The translations under genes were made by a program, and so were the position numbers. Shown one piece after another: positions 16,923 through 26,722 of a DNA stretch of 64,000 bases. The first letter of the stretch is position 1; every line of letters starts with the position of its first letter. The stretch comes from a virus, in the IMG/VR virus record IMGVR_UViG_3300045988_119069; one strand, given 5' to 3'. Under the pieces are notes generated by a model. That model saw nothing but the letters and a program-made list of their open reading frames with translations, ran no database searches and was not told the origin of the DNA.

Positions 16923-16947
16923 TAGGCGTAATCAACAAGACATATAT

Positions 16948-17538
16948 ATGGGAAAATTCAAATCTGTTATGTTATGGCTTATGGCTGTAATCACGCTAAC
17001 GAGCTGCGCTGCCTCACGTAAGGTGGAGCAGGGGAGTAGTGAGCAACGGCGTGATAGTGTCGTAGCCATCGTTAAGGACAGTGTGGCGAAGTCAGAAACG
17101 AGGACGGACAGCAGCGCTGTTACAGTCACGGACGAGAATCATACGTCCGGCACCATGACCGACAAGGGCAGCAACGAGGAGACTATCACCGAGAGAGTGA
17201 TCGAGAGCACGGATGCCCATGGCAACAAGACCACCACCACCGACCGTACCATACACCGCAAGGGCGACTATGAGCGTAATGCCACATACGAGGCATTACT
17301 GAAGCACAAGGAAGATACCATATCACGGATGCAGCACACGATAGACAGCTTAGTGTTGAGCAATAAACTGAATGTTGGCACACACTGGGCGAAGAAGGAC
17401 AGCACGGGTGTAGAGAAGGAGAAGAATACGAAAGATATTAAGGCTGCGTCTGATGGAGAATATATACGCATGCTGATAGCCGTTATCATTTGTTTTGCTC
17501 TTCTTTTTTGGTACGTCAAGCATAACGAACAAAAATAA
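16948..17538 (+). CDS. lipoprotein with C-terminal TM helix (196 aa)
   Basis: Lipobox VITLTSC. C-terminal hydrophobic stretch MLIAVIICFALLFWYV. Confidence 0.7.
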   Translation: MGKFKSVMLWLMAVITLTSCAASRKVEQGSSEQRRDSVVAIVKDSVAKSETRTDSSAVTVTDENHTSGTMTDKGSNEETITERVIESTDAHGNKTTTTDRTIHRKGDYERNATYEALLKHKEDTISRMQHTIDSLVLSNKLNVGTHWAKKDSTGVEKEKNTKDIKAASDGEYIRMLIAVIICFALLFWYVKHNEQK

Positions 17539-17544
17539 GACTTT

Positions 17545-17838
17545 ATGGGAAAGAAAAAGAACGACATGATGGAACTGTCCGAGCAGCCGGAAGTCACCTT
17601 GCAGGACTTTGTTATCCCTGCCAAGATAGAAGCTTTCTGTGAGAAATACAAGCCTCTCGACCATTGGCGCGAAGACTGCGACATGTTCTCCGACTATCAG
17701 CTTCGCTCATACTTCAAGGCAGTGGTGTGTCCGCTGGGCGACCCGCTGGCATTGTACCTTCAGGAGTTGGCTGTGAGAGGTTTTAAGATGAAGGATGACG
17801 AATGTGGAGAGCCAGTCATCTATGCTGCGCTAAGATGA
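17545..17838 (+). CDS. hypothetical protein (97 aa)
   Basis: ORF track. Confidence 0.6.
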   Translation: MGKKKNDMMELSEQPEVTLQDFVIPAKIEAFCEKYKPLDHWREDCDMFSDYQLRSYFKAVVCPLGDPLALYLQELAVRGFKMKDDECGEPVIYAALR

Positions 17839-17879
17839 AACCCCGTCAATTAATAATTAATAACTAAAAAATATAGAAA

Positions 17880-18404
17880 ATGAAGAAGCCGCATTATTTT
17901 TACAAAGTGAGTGTTGACAAAAAGGTGGCTCGTGACATTCAGACTTTTATGTACCGTTGTCAGGATGTCGAGCAGACGGCCCTCAACTGGGCGCGGAAGC
18001 AGGGAGCCGAACACTATTACGAGTCGCCTAAAGGCATGGCTGGTGGAGTGGGAGCCGTGGAGTTTGCCGACACCACCGGACGTGACGGATGGGACAGAAC
18101 GGAGACACCCGACGGACGCGTGTTGTTTTTCCCTATGGAAGGCACAGACTTGGAAAAGGAAATGGCAGCGCTGCCCGTTGTGAGTGAGGCAGAGCTGATA
18201 GGCATACTCAACCTGCAGCCGAAGCGCACAAAAGAAAATCTGCCTTTGCCTATGAGCTTCGGCAACAGAACACCCATCGTGTTCCTTCATCACGGATTCT
18301 GGTATATTGATGTGCCGTATGTAAGCGCCGACATGACGCTTACGCAGATAGAAGAAAAAGAGTTTTACCGTCGAAAGTTGGCGGCTATAAATGAACAGAA
18401 ATAA
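17880..18404 (+). CDS. hypothetical protein (174 aa)
   Basis: ORF track. Confidence 0.65.
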   Translation: MKKPHYFYKVSVDKKVARDIQTFMYRCQDVEQTALNWARKQGAEHYYESPKGMAGGVGAVEFADTTGRDGWDRTETPDGRVLFFPMEGTDLEKEMAALPVVSEAELIGILNLQPKRTKENLPLPMSFGNRTPIVFLHHGFWYIDVPYVSADMTLTQIEEKEFYRRKLAAINEQK

Positions 18405-18500
18405 GACTATAGTAGTTCATTGTGATAGATAAGTTTTAGTGATTTAGTAATTAGCTTTTTAGCTTATTATTTTTTTTATTTAGGTTTAAGTTAGTTTTTG

Positions 18501-18536
18501 GCGTTACCCGTCCGTGATGGATAGGTAACGCTTTTC
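18501..18536. terminator. terminator hairpin between convergent genes
   Basis: GCGTTACC ... GGTAACGC followed by TTTT. Confidence 0.7.
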
Positions 18537-18547
18537 TTGTTTTGTCC

Positions 18548-19189
18548 TCAGTCATGCGCCGGATGGTCGGCAACCATGTAGCCACCGTGAACACCCAGGC
18601 TGTCAGCACGGGCATTCAGCAGACGTGTCAGGTCAGCAATCTGCTTCTGCTGTTCGGCGATAATGTCGAGCAGCTTGCCACGCTGTTCGTCGTTCCTGCG
18701 TTCCGCTGCCTCATGCCGGGTCTCAATTTCGAGCAGCGTCCTTACACTCACATATTCAGTCTTGTCATGCTCTATAGTCGAGCCGTTGTCACTACCTTCT
18801 ACGCCTATGTATCTTTCGGCTTCAGGAATGACCGACGTTACGATGCTGACATCGGTCGGACTAATCAGTGTGCGCTCGCCCTTTTGCCTACAGTCGAGGT
18901 CGGCATATCCGCCGTCAGGCTCCAGCTGGTCGCTCATTGTGGGTTTGCCTGGAACGAATGTCAGATTGTCTCCAGCTTCCTCGTCGCAGAAGAAAGCGGA
19001 AATCGGAACCTGAAAAGCATTACAGAATCTGAGCATGCTGATAACCGGCATCGGACTCTCTTTTCGTGCCCAAGCCTTTAATCGACTGTTAGTCTTCGAG
19101 CCTAACGCTTGAAGGATGACTCCAACAGGAATGTCGTCATTTGCCTTGATCCATTTTTCAAGGAAAGAGTAATTGTACTGATACCTCAT
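18548..19189 (-). CDS. XRE-type HTH regulator (candidate repressor) with C-terminal coiled-coil-like region
   Basis: N-terminus ...VILQALGSKTNSRLKAWARKESPMPVISMLRFCNAFQVPISAFF fits the HTH_XRE pattern. It is the only minus-strand gene in the left half and is divergent from the replication module. Confidence 0.65.
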   Translation of the reverse strand: MRYQYNYSFLEKWIKANDDIPVGVILQALGSKTNSRLKAWARKESPMPVISMLRFCNAFQVPISAFFCDEEAGDNLTFVPGKPTMSDQLEPDGGYADLDCRQKGERTLISPTDVSIVTSVIPEAERYIGVEGSDNGSTIEHDKTEYVSVRTLLEIETRHEAAERRNDEQRGKLLDIIAEQQKQIADLTRLLNARADSLGVHGGYMVADHPAHD

Positions 19190-19271
19190 AATCTTACGTT
19201 TGATGAAAATATGTATATACGTTAAAAAGTGTTATTATTAGGGTTAAAACCGAACGTGAGTATTGTTTATT

Positions 19272-19293
19272 CAAATTTAAATTCTTAAATTTG
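19272..19293. promoter_or_regulatory. back-to-back divergent -7 boxes CAAATTTA-aattct-TAAATTTG
   Basis: Perfect inverted repeat of the TAnnTTTG box: minus-strand box at 19272-19279, plus-strand box at 19286-19293. Confidence 0.6.
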
Positions 19294-19319
19294 CAACAAA
19301 TATAACAACAAACGACGAA

Positions 19320-19814
19320 ATGACAAAAGAAATTTTTGATAAAATAACGACACCGTTTTGCCCTGTTAGCGCAGAGGAGATTTCGGTGGACGAAAAGAAG
19401 TTTTTGCTGGAAGCTTTTGCTCCGAAAGGCTTTACGTCGTCCACTTTCTACCTGCGTTTCTTCCAGAAGGGCTTTTCGGAATGGGAGCTGTTAGGTATTA
19501 ATGAATGTAAAAATCAATACTTACGTTTGCCAGATGTCGCAGAAACACTTTTGAAATTCGTTGACATAAACGCTAAAGGATCTTCCGTGGGCGATAGGGG
19601 ATATCTCTATACGCTTGCCCATAGTGACGCTAAGGGCGTGTTTTATGAGTGCTTGCGAAAAGCCAACAAAGGGCTTTGCAGTAAGTTCTTCGCTTTTATG
19701 AACGAGCGAGGCATGAGCACCAACACTGTCCTGAAGCGTTTTGCATCCGACGACTGGAAGCAGTGGGAGCTTGACGGAATTAAGAATATGCTTGAACCAT
19801 TCGCTAAAAACTAA
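19320..19814 (+). CDS. hypothetical protein (164 aa)
   Basis: ORF track; first gene after the divergent promoter. Confidence 0.65.
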   Translation: MTKEIFDKITTPFCPVSAEEISVDEKKFLLEAFAPKGFTSSTFYLRFFQKGFSEWELLGINECKNQYLRLPDVAETLLKFVDINAKGSSVGDRGYLYTLAHSDAKGVFYECLRKANKGLCSKFFAFMNERGMSTNTVLKRFASDDWKQWELDGIKNMLEPFAKN

Positions 19815-19818
19815 GAAA

Positions 19819-20526
19819 ATGAAAATTTTAGATATTTCCTTCGACTTCGAGACGTGTGCCCTATGCCCGACCACCGCTGTAATGTCCGTGGCTGCTGTGG
19901 CGTGGAACCGTTATGGCGAAGAAAGCCCTTTCTTTGTGGAAGATAAGGAAGCTCCTGCGACTGACCTTCTCTATAAGCCGTCGCCTACGTTTTGTTCTAA
20001 CGTGGACCTTCGCGGAATGTTCCTTGATGGATTCACGTTCGACCAGAAAACGGCTGACTGGTGGGCACGAAGGAGCGAGGAGGCGAAGAATGCCCTGATA
20101 GAAGGAGTTGACGGCGACCGTACATGCAGACTGATTACGGATGTCCTGCCTGGAATGTTCAAATGGGCATTTGACATGAAAAGCTCGTTCGAGGCGGAGG
20201 AATTATACCTGTGGTCGCAAGGTTCTGATTTCGATATCGCCATACTCCGCAATATATGTTATTACTACGGCATCAAAATCCCCTTTCATCATCATAACTT
20301 CAGAGACCATCGCACGTTCTTCCTCGAAGGAGCACGTATCATCTGTGATGTCGCTGACAATGATTTCGACCCGGAAAAAGCCTACTCGCTTGTGGAAGAC
20401 TATAAGGGACCGGAAGCGGAGGTGGCACACAACCCACTATACGACTGCAACCGTAGTATATTCTCGACATGGCAGATGATGAAGCATCTGCGATGTCTGA
20501 ACATCAACAATAATGCCAATGTATAA
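19819..20526 (+). CDS. DEDDh-type 3'-5' exonuclease (DnaQ-like fold)
   Basis: ILDISFDFET (DxE), SQGSDFDIAILRN and HNPLYDC motifs. The track ORF was trimmed to ATG 19819. Confidence 0.7.
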   Translation: MKILDISFDFETCALCPTTAVMSVAAVAWNRYGEESPFFVEDKEAPATDLLYKPSPTFCSNVDLRGMFLDGFTFDQKTADWWARRSEEAKNALIEGVDGDRTCRLITDVLPGMFKWAFDMKSSFEAEELYLWSQGSDFDIAILRNICYYYGIKIPFHHHNFRDHRTFFLEGARIICDVADNDFDPEKAYSLVEDYKGPEAEVAHNPLYDCNRSIFSTWQMMKHLRCLNINNNANV

Positions 20527-20869
20527 TCGCAAACACCTGCATCGCATAGCCTATACCGAGACTATCCGCGACGAAGACTCGGACACGCATATCCTGCTCT
20601 TCCAGGCTCCGTTTTCTTTAGTTAAGGACGTATGCCAGAAGGTGTTCACAATAATGCAAGGCAATGTGGAAAATATAATAGTAAGAAACGAACACTCATG
20701 CCGCGTAAAGAACGGCAAGTGTTATTGGCGCGTGGCAGTGGAAATAATCGCCCTTAACGAGAATTTCATTTCTTTCAAAGAGTTCGTGCTGATGATGATT
20801 AACAGCATGAAGACTATGGCTAATTGCAAAATCCGCCATTTCCGTACGGAGACGTTTCTGAACTTATAG
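20513..20869 (+). CDS. hypothetical protein (118 aa)
   Basis: ORF track; TAG stop. Confidence 0.55.
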   Translation: MPMYNRKHLHRIAYTETIRDEDSDTHILLFQAPFSLVKDVCQKVFTIMQGNVENIIVRNEHSCRVKNGKCYWRVAVEIIALNENFISFKEFVLMMINSMKTMANCKIRHFRTETFLNL

Positions 20870-20903
20870 CGAAATCAACAAATGTAAAACAAACAAAAGA
20901 AAT

Positions 20904-21032
20904 AGAAAGACCTTGGCGGCAATGACGGGAACGGCAACGTCTCGTAGTATTATGGCACCGGTCGCATGGAATTAAAAAGCCTCGGAGCGACTGCCTTGTT
21001 GAGTACGTAGGAACATCACCGTCGGTCTTTCT
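20904..21032 (+). other. GC-rich structured leader upstream of the primase-helicase gene
   Basis: Closing stem AGAAAGACC-tt-GGCGG / CCGTC-GGTCTTTCT encloses about 100 nt. Confidence 0.35.
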
Positions 21033-21053
21033 TTCTTAAAAATAACAGCAATC

Positions 21054-24000
21054 ATGCTCTTTCATCCGATAATAAACCGTCTCGCCAACATCGACCTCCT
21101 CTCGCTTGTGAAGCCCGCCGATGATCAGCACTTCGAGGGCCAGGTGGCTTGCTTTTGTCCTTTCTGCCAGAAGCAGTCAGCCGACGGTGTGTCGGATGGC
21201 TGTAAGCAGACCCCTCACTTCATCGTTTATAAAAACGAGCGCGGAGGTCTGTATAATGGGGTGGGTGTGGACGACAACCGACTGGCAAAGCAGGGAGCCG
21301 TACACTGGAAGTGCACAAAGACCGGACGGCAGGGCTACGGAGCACTGGAGCTGTACGCTGCCATGCGTAATATGCCTATGCACGGAGCGAGTCTGCTTCG
21401 CTTGTGTAAGGATCTTGTTGTGCGGACTTACGGCGACACCGAAAAAGTGCGCAGCGTCTTTCCGTCGGTGTTCGGCAGGATGGACTACCGCACGATAGCG
21501 CAGCAGACCATCGAGACCTTCTCTTTTATGCCGAAAACTGACTTCAATCCGCAGGAGCTTGCCGCTCTCGGATGTGAAGTGACGCTCGCAAAGGGCTTGC
21601 CGGTGTTCGGTTTCGGTAGGGACTTCAACACCCAGATGCTGTATGATGACTTCCGCATTTATGCCGTTGACAGCGTGACACTGCCGAATGTGGTGCGCGA
21701 AGGAAAGAAGGTAAGCGAGATAATTTACGGCACGCCGTGGAATCCGCTCTTTGTATGCTTCGCCAAGGACGGCGAGCCGTCGCTCGAAAACACATACGGC
21801 TGTCTTTTCCGCCCTGCAATGAAAGACAGCGACCCGATTGTGTTCTCCACCGACGAAGAACACAGCGTAAGAAAAGTAAGCCGTTGGCTGATGGGCGACA
21901 GGGTGTTTGTCTATGCGATGAACAATCGTGACAGCGCATCCACAGCCGTTCATGCTGCCATACAGAAGTTTGAGCCAACGGAAAAATACACTCTGACCCG
22001 TGAGGATTGGGAAGAGAACGAGACTAAGGATGGAGAACCTAAAGGTACGTTTAAGAAGATATATGTCAAGATACTGGCGAGCGAGATAAAGGCTCGCAAT
22101 ATCGTATTTTGCCGTACACCCGAAGACGCATTGAGCGTGTATTATGCCATGCGTTCCCTGCGCCTTGACAAGGCGGAGGACCAACATTTCCAAGATTTCT
22201 GTTGGTATCATGTGGCGTTCTCTATTGGGCGAAGAAACTTCTGGTATATAGAGCGTGGTGAATGGAAGCAGGAGAAACTCGACTTTAGCGGAGTGCAATA
22301 TCAGAAGATGAACCGCTTTGCTGAGCGTGTCATTATCCTCTACCCCAACGACATTGCCTCGCAGCGTGATTGCGGAGCTATAGCCACTAAGTTCAGTTCA
22401 TTGCATTATGCCATGTTGCCCGAAGACTTCCGCTCACGTTATTGCCGACGCTGGCAATGGCTATACGGATGTTCGCCTCGCAGCGTGCGCGACTATCTGC
22501 TGACATACACGATGAACGCAGAAGAGAACTTTCAGTTCGACCATGATGTGCGTCTGCCGCTTTACTCCAGTTTGCGAGGAGCGAGCAACACAGAGCCTTT
22601 CGACATAGAGTGGCCGCGTGATCCGAGAAGCGGTAAGCCGAAGCCACCTACATGCAAGGTGTCGCCTACAAGATTGTGGGTGTTTATGACAGCACACGGA
22701 TATTACCGCATGATAGACCCTGAGAGCACCGACCTTGTGGGACAGTATATCCACTTAGACAAGTGCTTTGTGGAGTATATCGACGCTAAGAGCATTATCC
22801 AGGCAGCAAAAACGCTGCTGTTGAAATATACAAAACAGGCTTTTCGACACATCGACATCGAGCAACGTCTGATGTCTGACTGTGCCAACATGATAGACAA
22901 GACATTTACGGAAAAGTCGGCAGGTGGTTTGCAGAGCATGGTTATAAACTTTGCCGATGCCTTCGATGCCAAGACTGAGTATTTCTACTTCAATAATGTG
23001 GCACTGAAGATAACACCCGACAGCATCCGCACGGTGTCTTATGACGATATCAACTTCTTCATCCCCTCGCTCGCCAAGAAACCGTATGACTTCACGATGC
23101 GGGTGTTTAAGACACCTTTCGTCATTACTGAGCGCCAGGAATATCGCGACCGACTGGATGCGATAAACAAGAAGGAGGCAATGAGAAATGAGGACGGGTC
23201 ACCAGTGTTCTCCACTTTCGAGATAGGGCAACTTAAAGCCGACCTTGAAGAATGGGCTCAGACATACCGTTGGAATGTCAACTGGCAGGGACAGCGCGAG
23301 AGCGACTTGTGGCCGATATTGCGTATTGTGCGTGGTTGTTCTAACGTTCTTTGGGAGCAGGAGCAGGAAGCACAACGCAACAAGAAAGAACTGACGGATG
23401 AAGAGCAAGCCATAATAGGTGCGCATTTCGTCAATATGATTTCAGCCATTGGACATTTGTGTTATCGCTCTAACAAAGGCATATTGCCCGTCTGTCCTTA
23501 CTTCCTTGAAGACGACATTCCCGACGAGAAAAAGGCTACTGGCGGTTCGGGCAAGTCGCTCATTGTGAAACTGGTGGTAGGCAGCGCTGTTAATGTTCTC
23601 GATGTCGATATGAAACGCTTTGCTTCCATAACGGATGCAAAGTTCGAGTTGGGCAAACTATCCTCTGAACCTTATAAGTACAGGGTGTTGCATTGGGAGG
23701 ACAAGCCTAAAGCGTTTCCTATGAAGTATTTTTACAACATGGTAACGACGGGCTTGACGGTAGAAAGAAAAAGCGTTGACCCCGTTACGTTTTCAGCCGA
23801 CGAAGCTCCCCGAATCGTCATCACTTGCAATTACCCTATGTCGGATGATGATGATTCTACGGTAGGACGTTTCCCGCTTGTCAGCTTCTCCAATCGTTTC
23901 GCACGAGCCAATCCGCAGAAGCATAAGGCAGCACGCCCACCATCGGCATTGATGAAGAATTTCAGTCTGGTGCCTGAAGAGATTGATGACGCTGACCGCA

Positions 24001-24740
24001 ACCAAGCCATCTATCTTTGCGCCCTTGCGGTGCAATTTATGATGCGCTATCATACCTTTGCCATTGCACCGCAAGGCAATGTGCGTCGCCGTCAGATGGT
24101 GCAGAAGCTCACCGAGAGCATTGTACGTTACTTCGAGTGGTTCTTCTCTCGTAACGAGGTCTACGGTGTGCCGATATGTACGGACGATATGTTCAACGAG
24201 TTTATGCGCGACTGGGCGGATGCTTCCGAGGGCAAGTCGAAGGAGTACAGCCGAGCCACCTTCAAGAAGAAGATATACGACTATTGCGAAAACATGTCGA
24301 TAACGTGCAATCCAAAGCACCTCTTTCAGAACGACCGCGACAAACAGCGCAAGTGTTTCAAGTTGCAGGCGTGGGTTACGCAGGAATATTTCACCGGTCG
24401 TGAATGGGAGAATGACAATACCATCGAGCCCAAGTATATCCGCTACTTGCAAACGTCATGTCATGTCTTCTTCTTCTTCCGTCCCGGCAAGGACGAAGTG
24501 CCGAAGGACTATAAAGAACTCAAACGCATTGCCCGTGAATACGCCGAACGCCCCGACCCGCTGCCTTACTGCGACGACGATGGCAACATCGTTACGCTCA
24601 CTGACGAAGAAAAAGAACGATGGGAGAGCAACAAGACGCGCAAGCAGGGTAGACGGATGGCGCCACTTACGGCAGCTACGGCAGCTACAACGGCTACGGC
24701 TGTAACGCCGGATGCGAATGAAGACAATATGCCGTTCTGA
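21054..24740 (+). CDS. primase-helicase (CHC2-like zinc finger N-terminus, P-loop D5/P4-type NTPase C-terminal half)
   Basis: CFCPFCQK...TPHFIVY...HWKCTKTG zinc-finger pattern. Walker A KATGGSGKSL. 1228 aa. Confidence 0.8.
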   Translation: MLFHPIINRLANIDLLSLVKPADDQHFEGQVACFCPFCQKQSADGVSDGCKQTPHFIVYKNERGGLYNGVGVDDNRLAKQGAVHWKCTKTGRQGYGALELYAAMRNMPMHGASLLRLCKDLVVRTYGDTEKVRSVFPSVFGRMDYRTIAQQTIETFSFMPKTDFNPQELAALGCEVTLAKGLPVFGFGRDFNTQMLYDDFRIYAVDSVTLPNVVREGKKVSEIIYGTPWNPLFVCFAKDGEPSLENTYGCLFRPAMKDSDPIVFSTDEEHSVRKVSRWLMGDRVFVYAMNNRDSASTAVHAAIQKFEPTEKYTLTREDWEENETKDGEPKGTFKKIYVKILASEIKARNIVFCRTPEDALSVYYAMRSLRLDKAEDQHFQDFCWYHVAFSIGRRNFWYIERGEWKQEKLDFSGVQYQKMNRFAERVIILYPNDIASQRDCGAIATKFSSLHYAMLPEDFRSRYCRRWQWLYGCSPRSVRDYLLTYTMNAEENFQFDHDVRLPLYSSLRGASNTEPFDIEWPRDPRSGKPKPPTCKVSPTRLWVFMTAHGYYRMIDPESTDLVGQYIHLDKCFVEYIDAKSIIQAAKTLLLKYTKQAFRHIDIEQRLMSDCANMIDKTFTEKSAGGLQSMVINFADAFDAKTEYFYFNNVALKITPDSIRTVSYDDINFFIPSLAKKPYDFTMRVFKTPFVITERQEYRDRLDAINKKEAMRNEDGSPVFSTFEIGQLKADLEEWAQTYRWNVNWQGQRESDLWPILRIVRGCSNVLWEQEQEAQRNKKELTDEEQAIIGAHFVNMISAIGHLCYRSNKGILPVCPYFLEDDIPDEKKATGGSGKSLIVKLVVGSAVNVLDVDMKRFASITDAKFELGKLSSEPYKYRVLHWEDKPKAFPMKYFYNMVTTGLTVERKSVDPVTFSADEAPRIVITCNYPMSDDDDSTVGRFPLVSFSNRFARANPQKHKAARPPSALMKNFSLVPEEIDDADRNQAIYLCALAVQFMMRYHTFAIAPQGNVRRRQMVQKLTESIVRYFEWFFSRNEVYGVPICTDDMFNEFMRDWADASEGKSKEYSRATFKKKIYDYCENMSITCNPKHLFQNDRDKQRKCFKLQAWVTQEYFTGREWENDNTIEPKYIRYLQTSCHVFFFFRPGKDEVPKDYKELKRIAREYAERPDPLPYCDDDGNIVTLTDEEKERWESNKTRKQGRRMAPLTAATAATTATAVTPDANEDNMPF

Positions 24741-24778
24741 CTACGAGCAGAATTTATAACTTAAAATATTTATAGAGT

Positions 24779-25624
24779 ATGAAGAAAATAACGCTTAGAA
24801 AAGACTATCAGACAAAGGTAGTGCCAGTGGAAGAAGCTGTAGGTCATTATTTGGCTGAATCGGCAGGTTTGGTCTGGAACGAGACCTACATTGACGAAGA
24901 TACACAGGAACCCGTCACAATAGAGCGGTCTGAACTTGTGGTGCGTCGTGGTACTTTGGTTACAGAGAAAATCCTTGAAGAACTGAAGGACAAGGACATA
25001 AAAGAGATTAAAGTTTCCGATATTCCGCATCGTGCTAAAGAATGGACGTTGTTCAGACGTATAGCGCATGTCAAGGTTACCGTGCGCAACAACTGGGGTG
25101 ATACAGCTGTACTCATTGTGCGCAGCGATTCGTTGCGTGGAGCTTTAAACCTTGCAGCGGATTATGCTGAAGGAGCTGTAGACGATATCTTTAAAACTAA
25201 GGATGCTGATTCGGTATATGTCGCCAAGTCAGAGATAATTGACGGAATCCGTTTTATCGGTCGTACCAAAGAGGACATTGAAAAAGAGGAGGCTGCTCTC
25301 GAACAAGATGAAGACGCTCCGGTGAAAGAGCCGTTTAAGGTAAAAGCTTCGTTTATAGACGCGGAGATTTACGATCCTAACGATGCGAAGTCGAAATCTG
25401 GTGTACATAACAAAGACATGTTTGTTGTCTGGGCTTATGATGTAGTTACCGCCAAGAATATAGTGTTTGATTATGTCAAGAGTCTGTATGCCACAGTTTT
25501 AAAAGGACGCGAGACGCTTCGTGTAATCGGTGCCACGCAGTTCTACGCTCATACCTATGTGCCGGCAGAATACTGCAATGAGTATATTGAGCAGGAAGAA
25601 TTGAAGTTAGCCGTGGAGGAATAA
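24779..25624 (+). CDS. hypothetical protein (281 aa)
   Basis: ORF track; leader ATTTATAGAGTATG. Confidence 0.7.
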   Translation: MKKITLRKDYQTKVVPVEEAVGHYLAESAGLVWNETYIDEDTQEPVTIERSELVVRRGTLVTEKILEELKDKDIKEIKVSDIPHRAKEWTLFRRIAHVKVTVRNNWGDTAVLIVRSDSLRGALNLAADYAEGAVDDIFKTKDADSVYVAKSEIIDGIRFIGRTKEDIEKEEAALEQDEDAPVKEPFKVKASFIDAEIYDPNDAKSKSGVHNKDMFVVWAYDVVTAKNIVFDYVKSLYATVLKGRETLRVIGATQFYAHTYVPAEYCNEYIEQEELKLAVEE

Positions 25625-25861
25625 GTGTATGCGAACATTCACCCCCCCAAATGCGAACACTGCATTTCCTACGATCATGTGGATTGCGGTTGTAAGGAGA
25701 AGAGTTCTCCGTTTTTCGGCGGAAATATAAGCCCGCTGCATCCCGCTTGCAATAGCTTTATCAGTACGGCAAAAGTGTATGCACCGAAGAATCGAGTGAA
25801 GAAATGGTTTAAGGTGCGCACGATGGACGATATGAGCGACAGCAGGGCGAGATTATATTAA
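25625..25861 (+). CDS. possible Cys-rich zinc-ribbon protein (78 aa; start uncertain)
   Basis: KCEHC...DCGC...HPAC. The only in-frame start is a GTG directly after the previous TAA. A C7 run sits at 25642-25648. Confidence 0.4.
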   Translation: MYANIHPPKCEHCISYDHVDCGCKEKSSPFFGGNISPLHPACNSFISTAKVYAPKNRVKKWFKVRTMDDMSDSRARLY

Positions 25862-26116
25862 ATTTCTTAAATATAAAGATATGATTTATGTAGATATCGA
25901 AAAGCTCGAAAGTTTTAGACATCAATGCGACTTGGATTTTAGCGGTCCTAAATATTATGGACAAGCTCTTCAAAACTCCAATCGTAGATCTAAAAAATTA
26001 AGATCTAAAAACAAATAAAATAAAGAGAGCTAATAAAGACTGCCCTTTATGTAGAGAGGAACAATATACGAGAAAAGCAATAAACATTAAATAATTAACA
26101 ATTAAACAATAAACAA

Positions 26117-26722
26117 ATGGCAAGTTATAGTGGCAATATTGACTATCTTGCACTTAATGGGGCGCAGGTGTTAAAGGGAATTGACAAGGACAATCCCGAG
26201 AGAGTGTTCATTTGTACTCCCTTGGATGTAAACGAAATCAAGTGGGAGCGTCATCCGCAGGACCCAAACCGTATGGTGGCGAAGATGCGTGTTAACATCT
26301 GGCCTCTGAGTGAGAATTATAAGAATGTAGTGCGTCGTTCAGCCCAGGAGCGTGGCGATGCCAATGTTTCCGTTCCGACACACGAGATGCAGATGTCTTT
26401 TTCAGTTGACCATATCAAGGACATTGCAAGGAAATTTCCGAAGCTCGTAGAGCAAGTGAAGGAAGCCAAAAAAGAGCGCGACCCCGAGATTGTAAACCAA
26501 GACCCCACCGACGAAAATACTCACCTCTTTAAGGCTATCCGTCAGCGTTTAAACAAGCGTCTTGCCATGCTCTATCAGCCACAGCCCACCCAACAGTCGC
26601 CTTACGCCACACCTAATGTAGGTGTAGCAGGTGCAGCCACCAGTTGCGTGGCTCCGGCAGAATCAAGTGGAGTTGATCTTAGCGGTTATGCTCCGGCAAA
26701 CGAAGACGACTGTCCGTTCTAA
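26117..26722 (+). CDS. putative ssDNA-binding protein (SSB-like architecture)
   Basis: Folded N-terminal part, Q/P/A-rich linker and acidic C-terminal tip ...ANEDDCPF, which resembles the SSB DDDIPF tip. Located beside the clamp gene. Confidence 0.5.
   Translation: MASYSGNIDYLALNGAQVLKGIDKDNPERVFICTPLDVNEIKWERHPQDPNRMVAKMRVNIWPLSENYKNVVRRSAQERGDANVSVPTHEMQMSFSVDHIKDIARKFPKLVEQVKEAKKERDPEIVNQDPTDENTHLFKAIRQRLNKRLAMLYQPQPTQQSPYATPNVGVAGAATSCVAPAESSGVDLSGYAPANEDDCPF

Noticed and set aside
21177-22298. A 373-aa minus-strand ORF, and similar long antisense ORFs at 13173-13904, 10403-11041, 23793-24452, 42718-43338, 43013-43582 and 50351-50977.
   Set aside because: Each lies entirely antisense within a gene that has clear motifs (primase-helicase, ParA, ligase, tape measure, ThyX). 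None has a leader motif, and the translations are low-complexity or odd in composition. They are treated as shadow ORFs.
25881-26018. A 45-aa ORF (MIYVDIEKLESFRHQCDLDFSGPKYYGQALQNSNRRSKKLRSKNK) in the 255-bp gap before the SSB-like gene.
   Set aside because: It is below the track cutoff, has no conserved leader and contains a palindrome (TAGATCT-N9-AGATCTA) that may be the real feature. It cannot be supported as coding.
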